A stretch of DNA of 64,000 bases, from the IMG/VR virus record IMGVR_UViG_3300038451_000684. One strand, given 5' to 3'. Shown in pieces: positions 39,801 to 48,559 of the stretch. The notes beneath the pieces were generated by a model. That model saw nothing but the letters and a program-made list of their open reading frames with translations, was not told where the DNA came from and searched no databases. Position numbers and translations under genes: made by a program. Position 1 is the first letter of the stretch, and each line of letters starts with the position of its first letter. This DNA is from a virus (taxonomy: Duplodnaviria > Heunggongvirae > Uroviricota > Caudoviricetes).

Positions 39801-40694
39801 ATGGTTTTCAATCCTGATTATGATCTTGCGCGGCCACTGGCAAGCGCCTTGAAAGCGAAGTCTCCGTATGTCGGCATTCCTATTCCTGGCCATGCGCCTT
39901 TGATCTTCAAACGGTCTAAACTTCAAAACGCCCTGCGCGGCGTCAAGCCGATCTATATTGACGTGGCGATAGATCCCGCAGGCGAGCGCTTTTTGACGGT
40001 TGAGGGCGTGGCCAGTGCGCGCTGCCGCACCTTCATGCGCATGCGCTCTATCCACCGTGAAACCTTCTATAATCCCTTCTCCGAGCCATACAACGAGATG
40101 CAGAAGTGGAACCCCCTGAAAAAGGCCGCCGCGCTGCGCACATCCAAGTATGACAAGGCTCTCGCCAAGCTGGAAAAGCAGCTCGCCAAGCTAGGCGACC
40201 GTCCGCAGATTCAGAACCCGTGCCTTTCGCACAGCACGGTCGACACTTCCAATCATGCGCAGTTTTTCCGCTGGCATGAACAAAAAGACCTGCGCCGCAA
40301 AATCGGCGCGCTGGCATCGCTGGCATACAGCGGCAAGATCACTGCACGCGAGTTTTACAAGGCGCTGGCACCCTTGACCACCGTCAAGCGTTACTCCGAA
40401 TTTACCGAAAAGCAGCGGGAAAATATCATCGGCAAGGTGCCGTTTAGGCATGACGGTTTCATGATCTACGTCCACCCCAAAAACATATGGAAGTTTCTCC
40501 CCGATTTATCACGCTCTTGGATGGGTACGCGCCCAAGGCTCTACTGGGGAAGCTGGCAAGAGTGGCAGGCGGAACAAACGAAGGAATGGGGCGCCGCGCG
40601 GTATGAGGTGGTCTTGGAGTGGTCCCGCGCACGCCGTGAGATCCTGTCACAGATTCAAGGCATCCGCGATATGCAGCCCATCGCCTCTATTTGA
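39801..40694 (+). CDS. hypothetical protein (297 aa)
   Basis: Long ORF. Leader hairpin GGCGCACAGCGCC lies upstream. Confidence 0.5.
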   Translation: MVFNPDYDLARPLASALKAKSPYVGIPIPGHAPLIFKRSKLQNALRGVKPIYIDVAIDPAGERFLTVEGVASARCRTFMRMRSIHRETFYNPFSEPYNEMQKWNPLKKAAALRTSKYDKALAKLEKQLAKLGDRPQIQNPCLSHSTVDTSNHAQFFRWHEQKDLRRKIGALASLAYSGKITAREFYKALAPLTTVKRYSEFTEKQRENIIGKVPFRHDGFMIYVHPKNIWKFLPDLSRSWMGTRPRLYWGSWQEWQAEQTKEWGAARYEVVLEWSRARREILSQIQGIRDMQPIASI

Positions 40695-40767
40695 TAGAGG
40701 CCCCAAAACATCCACACCAGAACGCAGTTTTAACCGGGGCTCAGCCCCAAGAAAGCAGACATTTACC

Positions 40768-41757
40768 ATGGCAACCATGACTATGCCCATCACCAGCGCC
40801 ACCGCCGATAAACTTGTCAGCCGTTTCCGCACTTGGGCCGATGCCCTGCAAAGCAAGATTGACAACGCCTGTCGGCCAATGACAGAGAACCCGACGCCGA
40901 AGCGCAATTGCCAGTACCAGCGCCGTCTGCATGACGGTCGCAACTTGGAGCGTACGCAGAAGGCACTGCGCGCCCTGGCAGACGCACGTGAAAGCGGCAC
41001 GGTTCCGCCCGAGCTGGCAGACCTCAAAACGAAGAACGACATCGCCGAACTGGTGCGCAAGGGCATCGATGGCTCACGAGGCGAATATTACTCCTGCATT
41101 GAAGCGAGCGACTACGCCGAAACCTCCGAGGCCGCCCGGCAACTGCAAGCCATGATTAAGGGCAGTAGCCATGAGCAGGCCGAACGCGAACGCCTGCGCA
41201 GAGTTGACGCTCTCGAAGCCGAAATCAAGCTAACCACGATTCCCGGCTACTTCCCGACGCCCGCGCCCGTGGTCGACCTCATGCTGCAGCGCGCGCGCAT
41301 TTCGGATGACATGAAGGTGCTAGAGCCGTCAGCAGGTAGCGGCCACATTGCCGACGCTATCCGCGCCACTCACCCTGGCGCATGGATCGACACCATCGAA
41401 ATCGCCTCGCGTCTGCGCGATATTTTGGTACTCAAGAATTACCGCGTAATGGCTTTTGACTTTCTCGACTTCGAAAACGATCAAGAGCGCCCGTATGATC
41501 GCATCGTCATGAATCCGCCCTTTGAGCGGCAACAGGACATTGCCCACGTGCGCATGGCATATTCCTTGCTTGCACCTGGCGGCATCCTTGTCACCATCAT
41601 GTCACCCAGCTTTGAATTCCGCAGCGACCGCAAGAGCACAGAATTCCGCGCATGGCTGGAAGAAGTTGGCGCAACTTGGGAGAACCTGCCAGAAGGATCT
41701 TTCAAGGCCAGTGGCACCGGCGTATCCACCCGCCTTTTGACGATTGAACGCAACTAA
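40768..41757 (+). CDS. orphan N6-adenine (amino) DNA methyltransferase (329 aa)
   Basis: Motif I is VLEPSAGSGHI and motif IV is RIVMNPPF (NPPF). It carries a ~200-aa N-terminal extension. The start is at the internal ATG, since track ORF 40603 overlaps the upstream gene. Confidence 0.7.
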   Translation: MATMTMPITSATADKLVSRFRTWADALQSKIDNACRPMTENPTPKRNCQYQRRLHDGRNLERTQKALRALADARESGTVPPELADLKTKNDIAELVRKGIDGSRGEYYSCIEASDYAETSEAARQLQAMIKGSSHEQAERERLRRVDALEAEIKLTTIPGYFPTPAPVVDLMLQRARISDDMKVLEPSAGSGHIADAIRATHPGAWIDTIEIASRLRDILVLKNYRVMAFDFLDFENDQERPYDRIVMNPPFERQQDIAHVRMAYSLLAPGGILVTIMSPSFEFRSDRKSTEFRAWLEEVGATWENLPEGSFKASGTGVSTRLLTIERN

Positions 41758-41808
41758 ACAGCCCTTTTGATAGATGCCCAAACTTCAGAACCAGAAACCG
41801 AGGACAGC

Positions 41809-42078
41809 ATGGAAGAACAGACGAACACAAAAGCAGCGGTCAAAGAGCTGCTAGACGATTACCGGCAAGAAGCGCAAGGCGGTGGCCCGTTGTGGGTCGC
41901 CGCGGCAAAGGACATTGTCCGGGCATTGGAGCAGAAAACGCCAGAAGAGGCACTGGTCTTTTTCAAGCAGATGATCCGAAATTGCGGAAAGATGACCGTT
42001 GGCAGTTCCTATGAAGGCGCGGCCGCAACGCTGAAAAAAGCCATTCAGGCAGACAAACGCGCAGCAAAGAAGGGATAA
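41809..42078 (+). CDS. hypothetical protein (89 aa)
   Basis: Leader AACCGAGGACAGCATG. Confidence 0.4.
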   Translation: MEEQTNTKAAVKELLDDYRQEAQGGGPLWVAAAKDIVRALEQKTPEEALVFFKQMIRNCGKMTVGSSYEGAAATLKKAIQADKRAAKKG

Positions 42079-42082
42079 GCCA

Positions 42083-42319
42083 ATGAGCTACGCACAAGCA
42101 ATGAAATGGGGGCGCATACACCGCAAAGGCACACGCCAGCCGATCATCATGTCGACCGGCTCCGGGTTCTGGCCTGCCCATGCATGGCTGGTAGGAAATT
42201 TTTGGCCTTATGTGGAGCAATGCAAAGCGACTGGCATTGAACCGATGAAGTGCGAAGCCTACTACAACGCCACAGTAAGCGGAGGCGCGGGAGATCCGCG
42301 TCTTCCCAGACAGGAATAA
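42083..42319 (+). CDS. hypothetical protein (78 aa)
   Basis: ORF only. Confidence 0.4.
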   Translation: MSYAQAMKWGRIHRKGTRQPIIMSTGSGFWPAHAWLVGNFWPYVEQCKATGIEPMKCEAYYNATVSGGAGDPRLPRQE

Positions 42320-42362
42320 CGCAGGATCAACCGGAGCACAGCTCCAAAATCGGGGGAAGGGT

Positions 42363-43028
42363 ATGAAACTAACAGATCGTTTTCGCCCAAAGAAAGATGC
42401 CAGATCTCTGCAAGAGTGGAATCAAGCGGCTTGGCAAACACGTTCAGATGCGCTTTCCGAACGAATCAAGGCCGAAGCAGGGGAAGCGCTCGCCGCGCAC
42501 ATTGAAACCTTGTATCCGGCTCAAGACATGGCCGTTCTCGCAAAGTACAACAGCGCCATCACGCTTACCGATGTGTCTTTGATGGTGCGTGTGCCTGACT
42601 CCGATTCCTGGTCCGAACACTTTTGCATTGCATTGCCGCGCGCCGTGGTGGTAGCTGCTTCTTACATCGGTTTGTATTGCGGCGGCCCGCGTTTTTCGCA
42701 GATGCCCGGCTATGGACTCCACGCAAAATCGCTTGAGGAGATCAAAGCCGGAAAAAACGACACATTCAAGTCTTTGGAGTCCTATCTTGAATCGCATCGA
42801 GAAACCGAGCGGAAAAGGCTTCCTGAAGCATTGGAACCTTTGATCTTCGCTTTGGCCTATGCTCGCCAGCAATACAAAGCGGAATACAAGCAAATCGCAA
42901 GTTGGCCAAAGGAATACAACGCGGCGCATGGCGTTTACCCAACCTGGGGCGAAATTGCCGCAGAGTTCCCCATGGCTGGTGCATTGATCCAGCAAGCCGC
43001 ACAGGACAAGCCCAAAGACGCAGCGTAA
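42363..43028 (+). CDS. hypothetical protein (221 aa)
   Basis: GGGGGAAGGGT ATG start. Leader hairpin GGAGCACAGCTCC lies upstream. Confidence 0.5.
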   Translation: MKLTDRFRPKKDARSLQEWNQAAWQTRSDALSERIKAEAGEALAAHIETLYPAQDMAVLAKYNSAITLTDVSLMVRVPDSDSWSEHFCIALPRAVVVAASYIGLYCGGPRFSQMPGYGLHAKSLEEIKAGKNDTFKSLESYLESHRETERKRLPEALEPLIFALAYARQQYKAEYKQIASWPKEYNAAHGVYPTWGEIAAEFPMAGALIQQAAQDKPKDAA

Positions 43029-43105
43029 GGCATCGGTGTGATAGCTAAACGCAACACGACCGCAATCTCTAACCGGCACACAACGCCAGAAACCGAGGGA
43101 GCACG

Positions 43106-43381
43106 ATGAGAACTACAACCACATCCAGAGCCAAAATTGCCTTTGTACTTACCATCTTGACCGCAGCGGCGGCTTTGGTTGCTGCTTTCCCAATAATTCG
43201 CAATTTCCTTTATGGCAATCGCTCTACGCATACAGATCCGCGCATTGCTTCGGGGGAATGGAAGATCGAAGTCCAGACGCCCCCCTGTGAGAGCGCCAAG
43301 AATCTGCAAGTCATCTGGCCTAAAGAGTCCGGCGCGCCCGTCACCATCGAATGCAATGCCCTGCCGGTCCCCGTCAAGTAA
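43106..43381 (+). CDS. small secreted protein (91 aa)
   Basis: N-terminal hydrophobic signal/anchor AKIAFVLTILTAAAALVAAFPII. Confidence 0.45.
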   Translation: MRTTTTSRAKIAFVLTILTAAAALVAAFPIIRNFLYGNRSTHTDPRIASGEWKIEVQTPPCESAKNLQVIWPKESGAPVTIECNALPVPVK

Positions 43382-43422
43382 CCGCAACACAACCGGAGCA
43401 CAGCTCCAGAAAGGTTTTCAGC

Positions 43423-44049
43423 ATGGCGCCCTTAACCGCTGTTCCCGATCCGCCGGAGTCCACCCGCCACCGCGGCCGCCCGGCACTGACTCCAGCCGAG
43501 CGCACGGCACGCATTGAAGCACGGAAAGAGAAGCGCCGCGCCGACCGGCGTCAAGCTCGGCGCGCTCTTGAGGTTGTGACTGCGCAAGAAAGCGCGCCGG
43601 CACCTGCACCACCCGCACCAGCCGCGCCGCATGTGTACTTTGCGCTAGGCCAGCGCGCTCGCGCCCTGCTGGGCTTCGCCGTGGGCGCATTCGTTCCCCT
43701 GGCCAGCTATACCGTGGTGCATACGGAAGTCAGCACGCGCCCGCTTATGTGGTTTCTGGTTGCCGGTGGCCTGCTGTACTCATCGATCAGCGTCTACACC
43801 TGGGCCGTCCAGATGTTTCATTGGCGGCTCAGGGCCCTGGGCTTTGTCGTCCTGCTGGAAAGCACCTTGACCTTTTGCGGCATCCGTTGGCTGGGCCTGG
43901 CAGGACTGGCAATCCTCATGTTGCTCAACGCGCTCAACGCGGCCGTGTCCTTGCAGCAAGCCGGAGCTTCCGAGGCGCCGGCCACCGAGGCCGAACCCTG
44001 CTACAGTCCAGAATCTGGACTGTGCCTGACCAGCGCCAAGCAGCGGTAA
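43423..44049 (+). CDS. multi-pass membrane protein with basic N-terminus (208 aa)
   Basis: Start MAPLTAV after the leader hairpin. Four predicted TM helices. Confidence 0.45.
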   Translation: MAPLTAVPDPPESTRHRGRPALTPAERTARIEARKEKRRADRRQARRALEVVTAQESAPAPAPPAPAAPHVYFALGQRARALLGFAVGAFVPLASYTVVHTEVSTRPLMWFLVAGGLLYSSISVYTWAVQMFHWRLRALGFVVLLESTLTFCGIRWLGLAGLAILMLLNALNAAVSLQQAGASEAPATEAEPCYSPESGLCLTSAKQR

Positions 44050-44079
44050 CTCCTATTTGATAGGGGACCAAAAAATTAC

Positions 44080-44128
44080 ACCAGAGTGCGCTAATCTCTT
44101 GACACTACAGAGCGACTAGCGCAAAGTG
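44080..44128 (+). promoter_or_regulatory. early promoter module 3 (CACCAGAGTGC, TTGACA, GAGCGACTAGCGCAAAGT)
   Basis: Third copy of the module. Confidence 0.5.
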
Positions 44129-44258
44129 CAAATAGGCCCTATTTGATAGGTGCCCAAACTTTTGGTTCTGTAACGCATTTTTAGCCGGAGCACAGCTCCA
44201 GATACCAGCGTTTCCGCAACAGGTTTGGATCGCTGACAAGGGAAGGGAAGTAAGCATT

Positions 44259-44549
44259 ATGAATTTCACAGGACATCAGGCACGCGTTTTGGCTGGCATT
44301 CCGCCGCTGGTAGAAGATGCGACATGGAAGGCCATCGCTCCGCAAGATCAGCACCGCATCGAGTGTGAGCATTTCCATGCGTGCGGAGAAGATGCGACGT
44401 GGACCACGCGGCAAGGCACTCTTTGCGTCTGCGATTATCATCGCTTCACTGCGGACATTCAGCGCATCATCAAAGCCCTGACGATCCAGAACCAGAACTT
44501 TTTGATTCCTGCTGTTGAGAGGCCGTCGCATGAACGAATCAGCGCATGA
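44259..44549 (+). CDS. Cys/His-rich hypothetical protein (96 aa)
   Basis: Residues CEHFHACGED...CVCDYH. GGGAAGGGAAG RBS. Confidence 0.4.
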   Translation: MNFTGHQARVLAGIPPLVEDATWKAIAPQDQHRIECEHFHACGEDATWTTRQGTLCVCDYHRFTADIQRIIKALTIQNQNFLIPAVERPSHERISA

Positions 44550-45207
44550 CCAAAAGCGGATGGCGGCGGGGTTCGTTGTCATGGCCTGCATGATGGTTCT
44601 CGTTCTTTGGCGCTGGCACCAGCGGCAATTGGACTTGGGAATTCGACATCGCACGGCGCATTTGGAGCGCGAAAATGAACAAATGCGCTACTACGCCGAA
44701 CACGATGATCTGACCGGCTTATGGAATCGCCGCATGATTCTCCAGCGGTTGCATCAAGAAGTGAACCGCGCACAACGCGACCACACCCCCTTGAGCGTTG
44801 TTTTGCTTGATCTGGACCATTTCAAGCGGGTCAACGACACATTCGGCCATCCGGGCGGGGATCTGGTTCTCGAAAAGGTTAGCGCCATCTTGCAGAATTT
44901 TGTGCGTTCTTATGATTGGGTCGGCCGTTGCGGAGGCGAAGAGTTTTTGTTGATTCTCCCAGGAGCCAATTTGCTCAATGCGCAAACGCGCGCCGAACAA
45001 TTACGGCAAACCATCGCTTTGTCAGAGTTTTTGCACGACGGCGCACTGATCCAGATCACGACTAGCTTAGGGGTTGTTTGCAGCTTCCCGGCTATGTGTG
45101 ACGGTCTGATCCGCACCGTCGACTCCGCGCTCTACGAAGCCAAAAAGAAGGGAAGGAACTGCGTCGTGGCGATTGAGATGAAACCTTGCGAAAGGGAAAA
45201 TCGATGA
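44515..45207 (+). CDS. membrane-anchored GGDEF-domain diguanylate cyclase (start 44515 or 44530)
   Basis: One N-terminal TM helix. The canonical LLDLDHFKRVNDTFGHPGGDLVL and RCGGEEF active-site motifs are both present. Confidence 0.8.
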   Translation: MRGRRMNESAHDQKRMAAGFVVMACMMVLVLWRWHQRQLDLGIRHRTAHLERENEQMRYYAEHDDLTGLWNRRMILQRLHQEVNRAQRDHTPLSVVLLDLDHFKRVNDTFGHPGGDLVLEKVSAILQNFVRSYDWVGRCGGEEFLLILPGANLLNAQTRAEQLRQTIALSEFLHDGALIQITTSLGVVCSFPAMCDGLIRTVDSALYEAKKKGRNCVVAIEMKPCERENR

Positions 45208-45500
45208 ATATTTATCCCATCCAACCACCGGCGGACGTGCCGGAATATGCTTGGCCCGCGTGGTTCGATTGCCTTCTGTGGGCCCTTTATGAACCGGAGA
45301 TTCGCGATAGGTTCACAGCGGACTCCGGTATGAGTTACAGCCCGCCGAAAAGCAAACTGGAAGCCATGATCGATGAAGCAAGCGGCTTTGATCCCGCTGA
45401 GAAATTTGTCATGGCGTTTGTTCCATGGTTCAACGCCAACATCTGGGGGTCGTGGAACGAAGAAAAAGCTGTCCAACAAAAACAGAATAACCAGAACTAG
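45204..45500 (+). CDS. hypothetical protein (98 aa)
   Basis: ATGA/ATG coupling with the GGDEF gene. Confidence 0.4.
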   Translation: MNIYPIQPPADVPEYAWPAWFDCLLWALYEPEIRDRFTADSGMSYSPPKSKLEAMIDEASGFDPAEKFVMAFVPWFNANIWGSWNEEKAVQQKQNNQN

Positions 45501-45509
45501 GAGATTCAA

Positions 45510-46046
45510 TTGCCTGCTGAAGAAATCACGGTTAAGCGTTATCGCTGCGTTTGCAAACGGCCAAACTGCCCCGGCAAACGCCGGCCCTGGCTGTCCAAGG
45601 AAGACAAGATCCCGGAGCAGTGCAGCTGGTGCAAAAGACCTACGTGGGGGAAAAGAGAACTGCAGTTTCACTTGGACTATGAGCAAGTAACCATCAAACG
45701 CTATCGCTGCATCTGCGAACAACCCAGATGTATTGCGAAGATCGGCAAAGGCCGCTCTTGGATATCCAAAACGCATGAGCTGCCAGCGCGCTGCAACTGG
45801 TGCAAGAGCCCCAACTGGAATGGCCACAAGAAGAAACAAAAATCCGTGGTGAGCAAGCAGGTGATTGAAGCCGCTCTCGCCCGCGGCGCTACGTCGATTA
45901 CCATCACCAACACGGATGCCAGCGGCAACGCGATCGGTACGCCTTTGACCATCGCTTTGCCTGTGAAGAAAGCCCAACCAGCCAAAGGGAAAAAACCAGC
46001 GATTATTACACTGCCCAAACCGCGAAAAGTGAGGAACAATGACTGA
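45510..46046 (+). CDS. protein with internally duplicated Cys-rich (zinc-ribbon-like) module (178 aa)
   Basis: Two tandem repeats of KRYRC[VI]C...P.C.......W[LI]SK......C.WCK.P.W. Lys-rich C-terminal tail. Confidence 0.5.
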   Translation: MPAEEITVKRYRCVCKRPNCPGKRRPWLSKEDKIPEQCSWCKRPTWGKRELQFHLDYEQVTIKRYRCICEQPRCIAKIGKGRSWISKTHELPARCNWCKSPNWNGHKKKQKSVVSKQVIEAALARGATSITITNTDASGNAIGTPLTIALPVKKAQPAKGKKPAIITLPKPRKVRNND

Positions 46047-46326
46047 ACATTACATACGGGTTCGGGCTTCGAAGTACAAGAATCTTGCTGGTGATCTAGT
46101 CGACAATCTCTCCGGCTTGAACCCCGTTTTTTATGGGCTCGGCCCCGGCGGCGAACGCCGCTGTTTGGAAGAGGAAACGCTGTACAGCTACGAACCCGGC
46201 CACGATTATCGTTCCGGCCGCATTGTCACCAAGGATGGAACGCGCATGGCGACCACCCAGGCCAATGCACTGGAAGCAGGCTGGGCAGACGTGGCCAACA
46301 TGATGGCAGAACGGAGCATCAAATGA
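46039..46326 (+). CDS. hypothetical protein (95 aa)
   Basis: ORF only. Confidence 0.4.
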   Translation: MTEHYIRVRASKYKNLAGDLVDNLSGLNPVFYGLGPGGERRCLEEETLYSYEPGHDYRSGRIVTKDGTRMATTQANALEAGWADVANMMAERSIK

Positions 46327-46595
46327 CAACTTCTTACATACGCTTTCGTATTCTCAGTGCATGGGGCCCAAAGGATGTATTCCGCTTTTCACAAGAGGGT
46401 GTGGTCCAAGTCGAAAGTTTGCTGGATGTAAAACAGGCCATTCAAAAGATTTCTGTCGTTTATCCGTTGACCTCTTTCGATGTGCTGGAACTGGAATTCA
46501 GCGCGTCCTATGCCTACTTCACATTTGCGGCAGATCCGCATGATCCCGACCAGGAATTGAACCCCAGTAAACCAATCTATGTACCAAAAGGGTGA
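46323..46595 (+). CDS. hypothetical protein (90 aa)
   Basis: ORF only. Confidence 0.4.
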   Translation: MTTSYIRFRILSAWGPKDVFRFSQEGVVQVESLLDVKQAIQKISVVYPLTSFDVLELEFSASYAYFTFAADPHDPDQELNPSKPIYVPKG

Positions 46596-46602
46596 ATCAG
46601 TA

Positions 46603-47286
46603 ATGACCGATGTTTTTGCATATCTGCGCGTCTCCGGCCCCAGCCAGCTTCGCGGTGACGGCTTCCGGCGGCAGTTCATCGCCATTCGGAAATACTGCGT
46701 CGCGAACCAGTTGCATATCGTCCGCATCTTCAAAGAGCGCGGCATCTGCGGCGCAACGGAACTTGAGAACCGACCGGCGCTTTCCGAACTTTTCAATGCG
46801 CTTGAATCAGACGGCGTCAAGGCGGTGGTGATTGAGCGGCTGGACCGGCTGGCGCGCGATCTCATGGTGCAGGAAACCATCATCGCCGATATGCAGAAAT
46901 CGGGTTATGTGCTGCATTCCAGCTGTGAGCCCGATCTTTGTTCGATAGATCCCAGCCGCGTGCTGGTGCGGCAAATCTTCGGCGCAATCGCGCAGTATGA
47001 GAAGTGCATGATCGTACTCAAGCTGCGCGGCGCCCGGCAACGCAAGAAGGCCCGTGGTGAGCGGGGAGAGGGCCGCCACGCTTACGGAGAGAAGCCCGGC
47101 GAGGAAGTGACCTTGCAGCGGATTCTTGCTCTTCAATCCACCGGCCATTCAACGCGCGCCATTGCCAATTTTCTCAATACGGCGGGCGACGCCACACGCA
47201 TGGGCGGCACCTGGAAGCCCGGCACGGTAGCCAAAATTCTGGCGCGCGACTCAACAAAAGAAAAGATTCACCACGCTTGCGCGTAA
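46603..47286 (+). CDS. small serine recombinase (resolvase/invertase family, 227 aa)
   Basis: N-terminus MTDVFAYLRVSGPSQ carries the catalytic Ser motif. C-terminal HTH GHSTRAIANFL. Ends 60 bp before CRISPR array 1. Confidence 0.75.
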   Translation: MTDVFAYLRVSGPSQLRGDGFRRQFIAIRKYCVANQLHIVRIFKERGICGATELENRPALSELFNALESDGVKAVVIERLDRLARDLMVQETIIADMQKSGYVLHSSCEPDLCSIDPSRVLVRQIFGAIAQYEKCMIVLKLRGARQRKKARGERGEGRHAYGEKPGEEVTLQRILALQSTGHSTRAIANFLNTAGDATRMGGTWKPGTVAKILARDSTKEKIHHACA

Positions 47287-47345
47287 ATTGCGCATTTTGA
47301 CGATTGGTTCGCGGCCGGCAATTGGCAAACGAGAGGCTGCCACGG

Positions 47346-48383
47346 GTTGCATCAACAGATGTACTGAAAATTCCTTGCTACCATATTGATGATTCTTTGG
47401 AGCTCGTGCGTACAGTTGCATCGAACAGATGCACTTAAAATTCCTTGCTACCTCTCCTTGGAAGCGCTGCTTGGGCTGCATTGCGTTGCATCGAACAGAT
47501 GCACTGAAAGTTCCTTGCGACGCCATTTCGCAAGCAACGATATGAAAGGCCAGCTGTTGCATCGAACTGATGCACTGAAAATTCGTTGCTACCGCCAAAT
47601 TACTCTGGGACGACACTGCAAAATTTGGTTGCATCAAACAGATGCACTGAAAGTTCCTTGCTACGCTGATAGCTCTTGGATATTGCAACGGAATCAAAGT
47701 TGCATCAAACAGATGCACTGAAAGTTCCTTGCTACTGTCTTTCTGCGGAACGGGCCTAGCTAGGAAAAGAGTTGCATCAAACAGATGCACTGAAAGTTCC
47801 TTGCTACGGAACGGGATAAAGGCCGGCGGCGGGCGTCTCGATGTTGCATCAAACAGATGCACTGAAAGTTCCTTGCTACACCTTACATGCTTACCGCAGA
47901 CTGCACATGGTTGGGTTGCATCAAACAGATGCACTGAAAGTTCCTTGCTACGAAATTTCCCTTGACGTAATAGGTGAACCCTGATTGTTGCATCAAACAG
48001 ATGCACTGAAAGTTCCTTGCTACCCCAAGTTCCTTCTGATGGCGCGTGCAATGCAACAGGTTGCATCAAACAGATGCACTGAAAGTTCCTTGCTACATTG
48101 TGGCAGGGGACTACAAGTGTCAACCTTGGTGTTGCATCAAACAGATGCACTGAAAGTTCCTTGCTACTACGAGCCGGGCGACGTGGTGCGCTATGCGAAG
48201 AAGTTGCATCAAACAGATGCACTGAAAGTTCCTTGCTACGTCCCGCAACGCGCAACGGTCAGGCGATTGACATGTTGCATCAAACAGATGCACTGAAAGT
48301 TCCTTGCTACATGTCATCTGGAACTGCGTTTGTCGGCCAGTCACGGTTGCATCAAACAGATGCACTGAAAGTTCCTTGCTACC
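47346..48383 (-). CRISPR. CRISPR array 1: 15 repeats of 37 bp, 14 unique spacers of 33-36 bp, no adjacent cas gene
   Basis: Repeat, read on + strand, is GTTGCATCAAACAGATGCACTGAAAGTTCCTTGCTAC. Eleven repeats are identical and the four at the 47346 end are degenerate (one has a 1-nt deletion). The AT-richer leader-like sequence at 48384-48560 therefore implies minus-strand transcription. Confidence 0.85.
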
Positions 48384-48559
48384 GCTCGATTATAACTCTT
48401 TTGTTTTGAATGGCTCCAATCCGCTTTCCGCTAACCTCGACTAGGAGCGCCTCGTCGGTTGTGACATAGAATACATGAATCATCCAATCCCCTTCAAAAT
48501 CATCATTTTACCCCTTCCGCGAACCTCCCGGCTTTTGGCCGTAGCTGGGGGTTCGCGCT

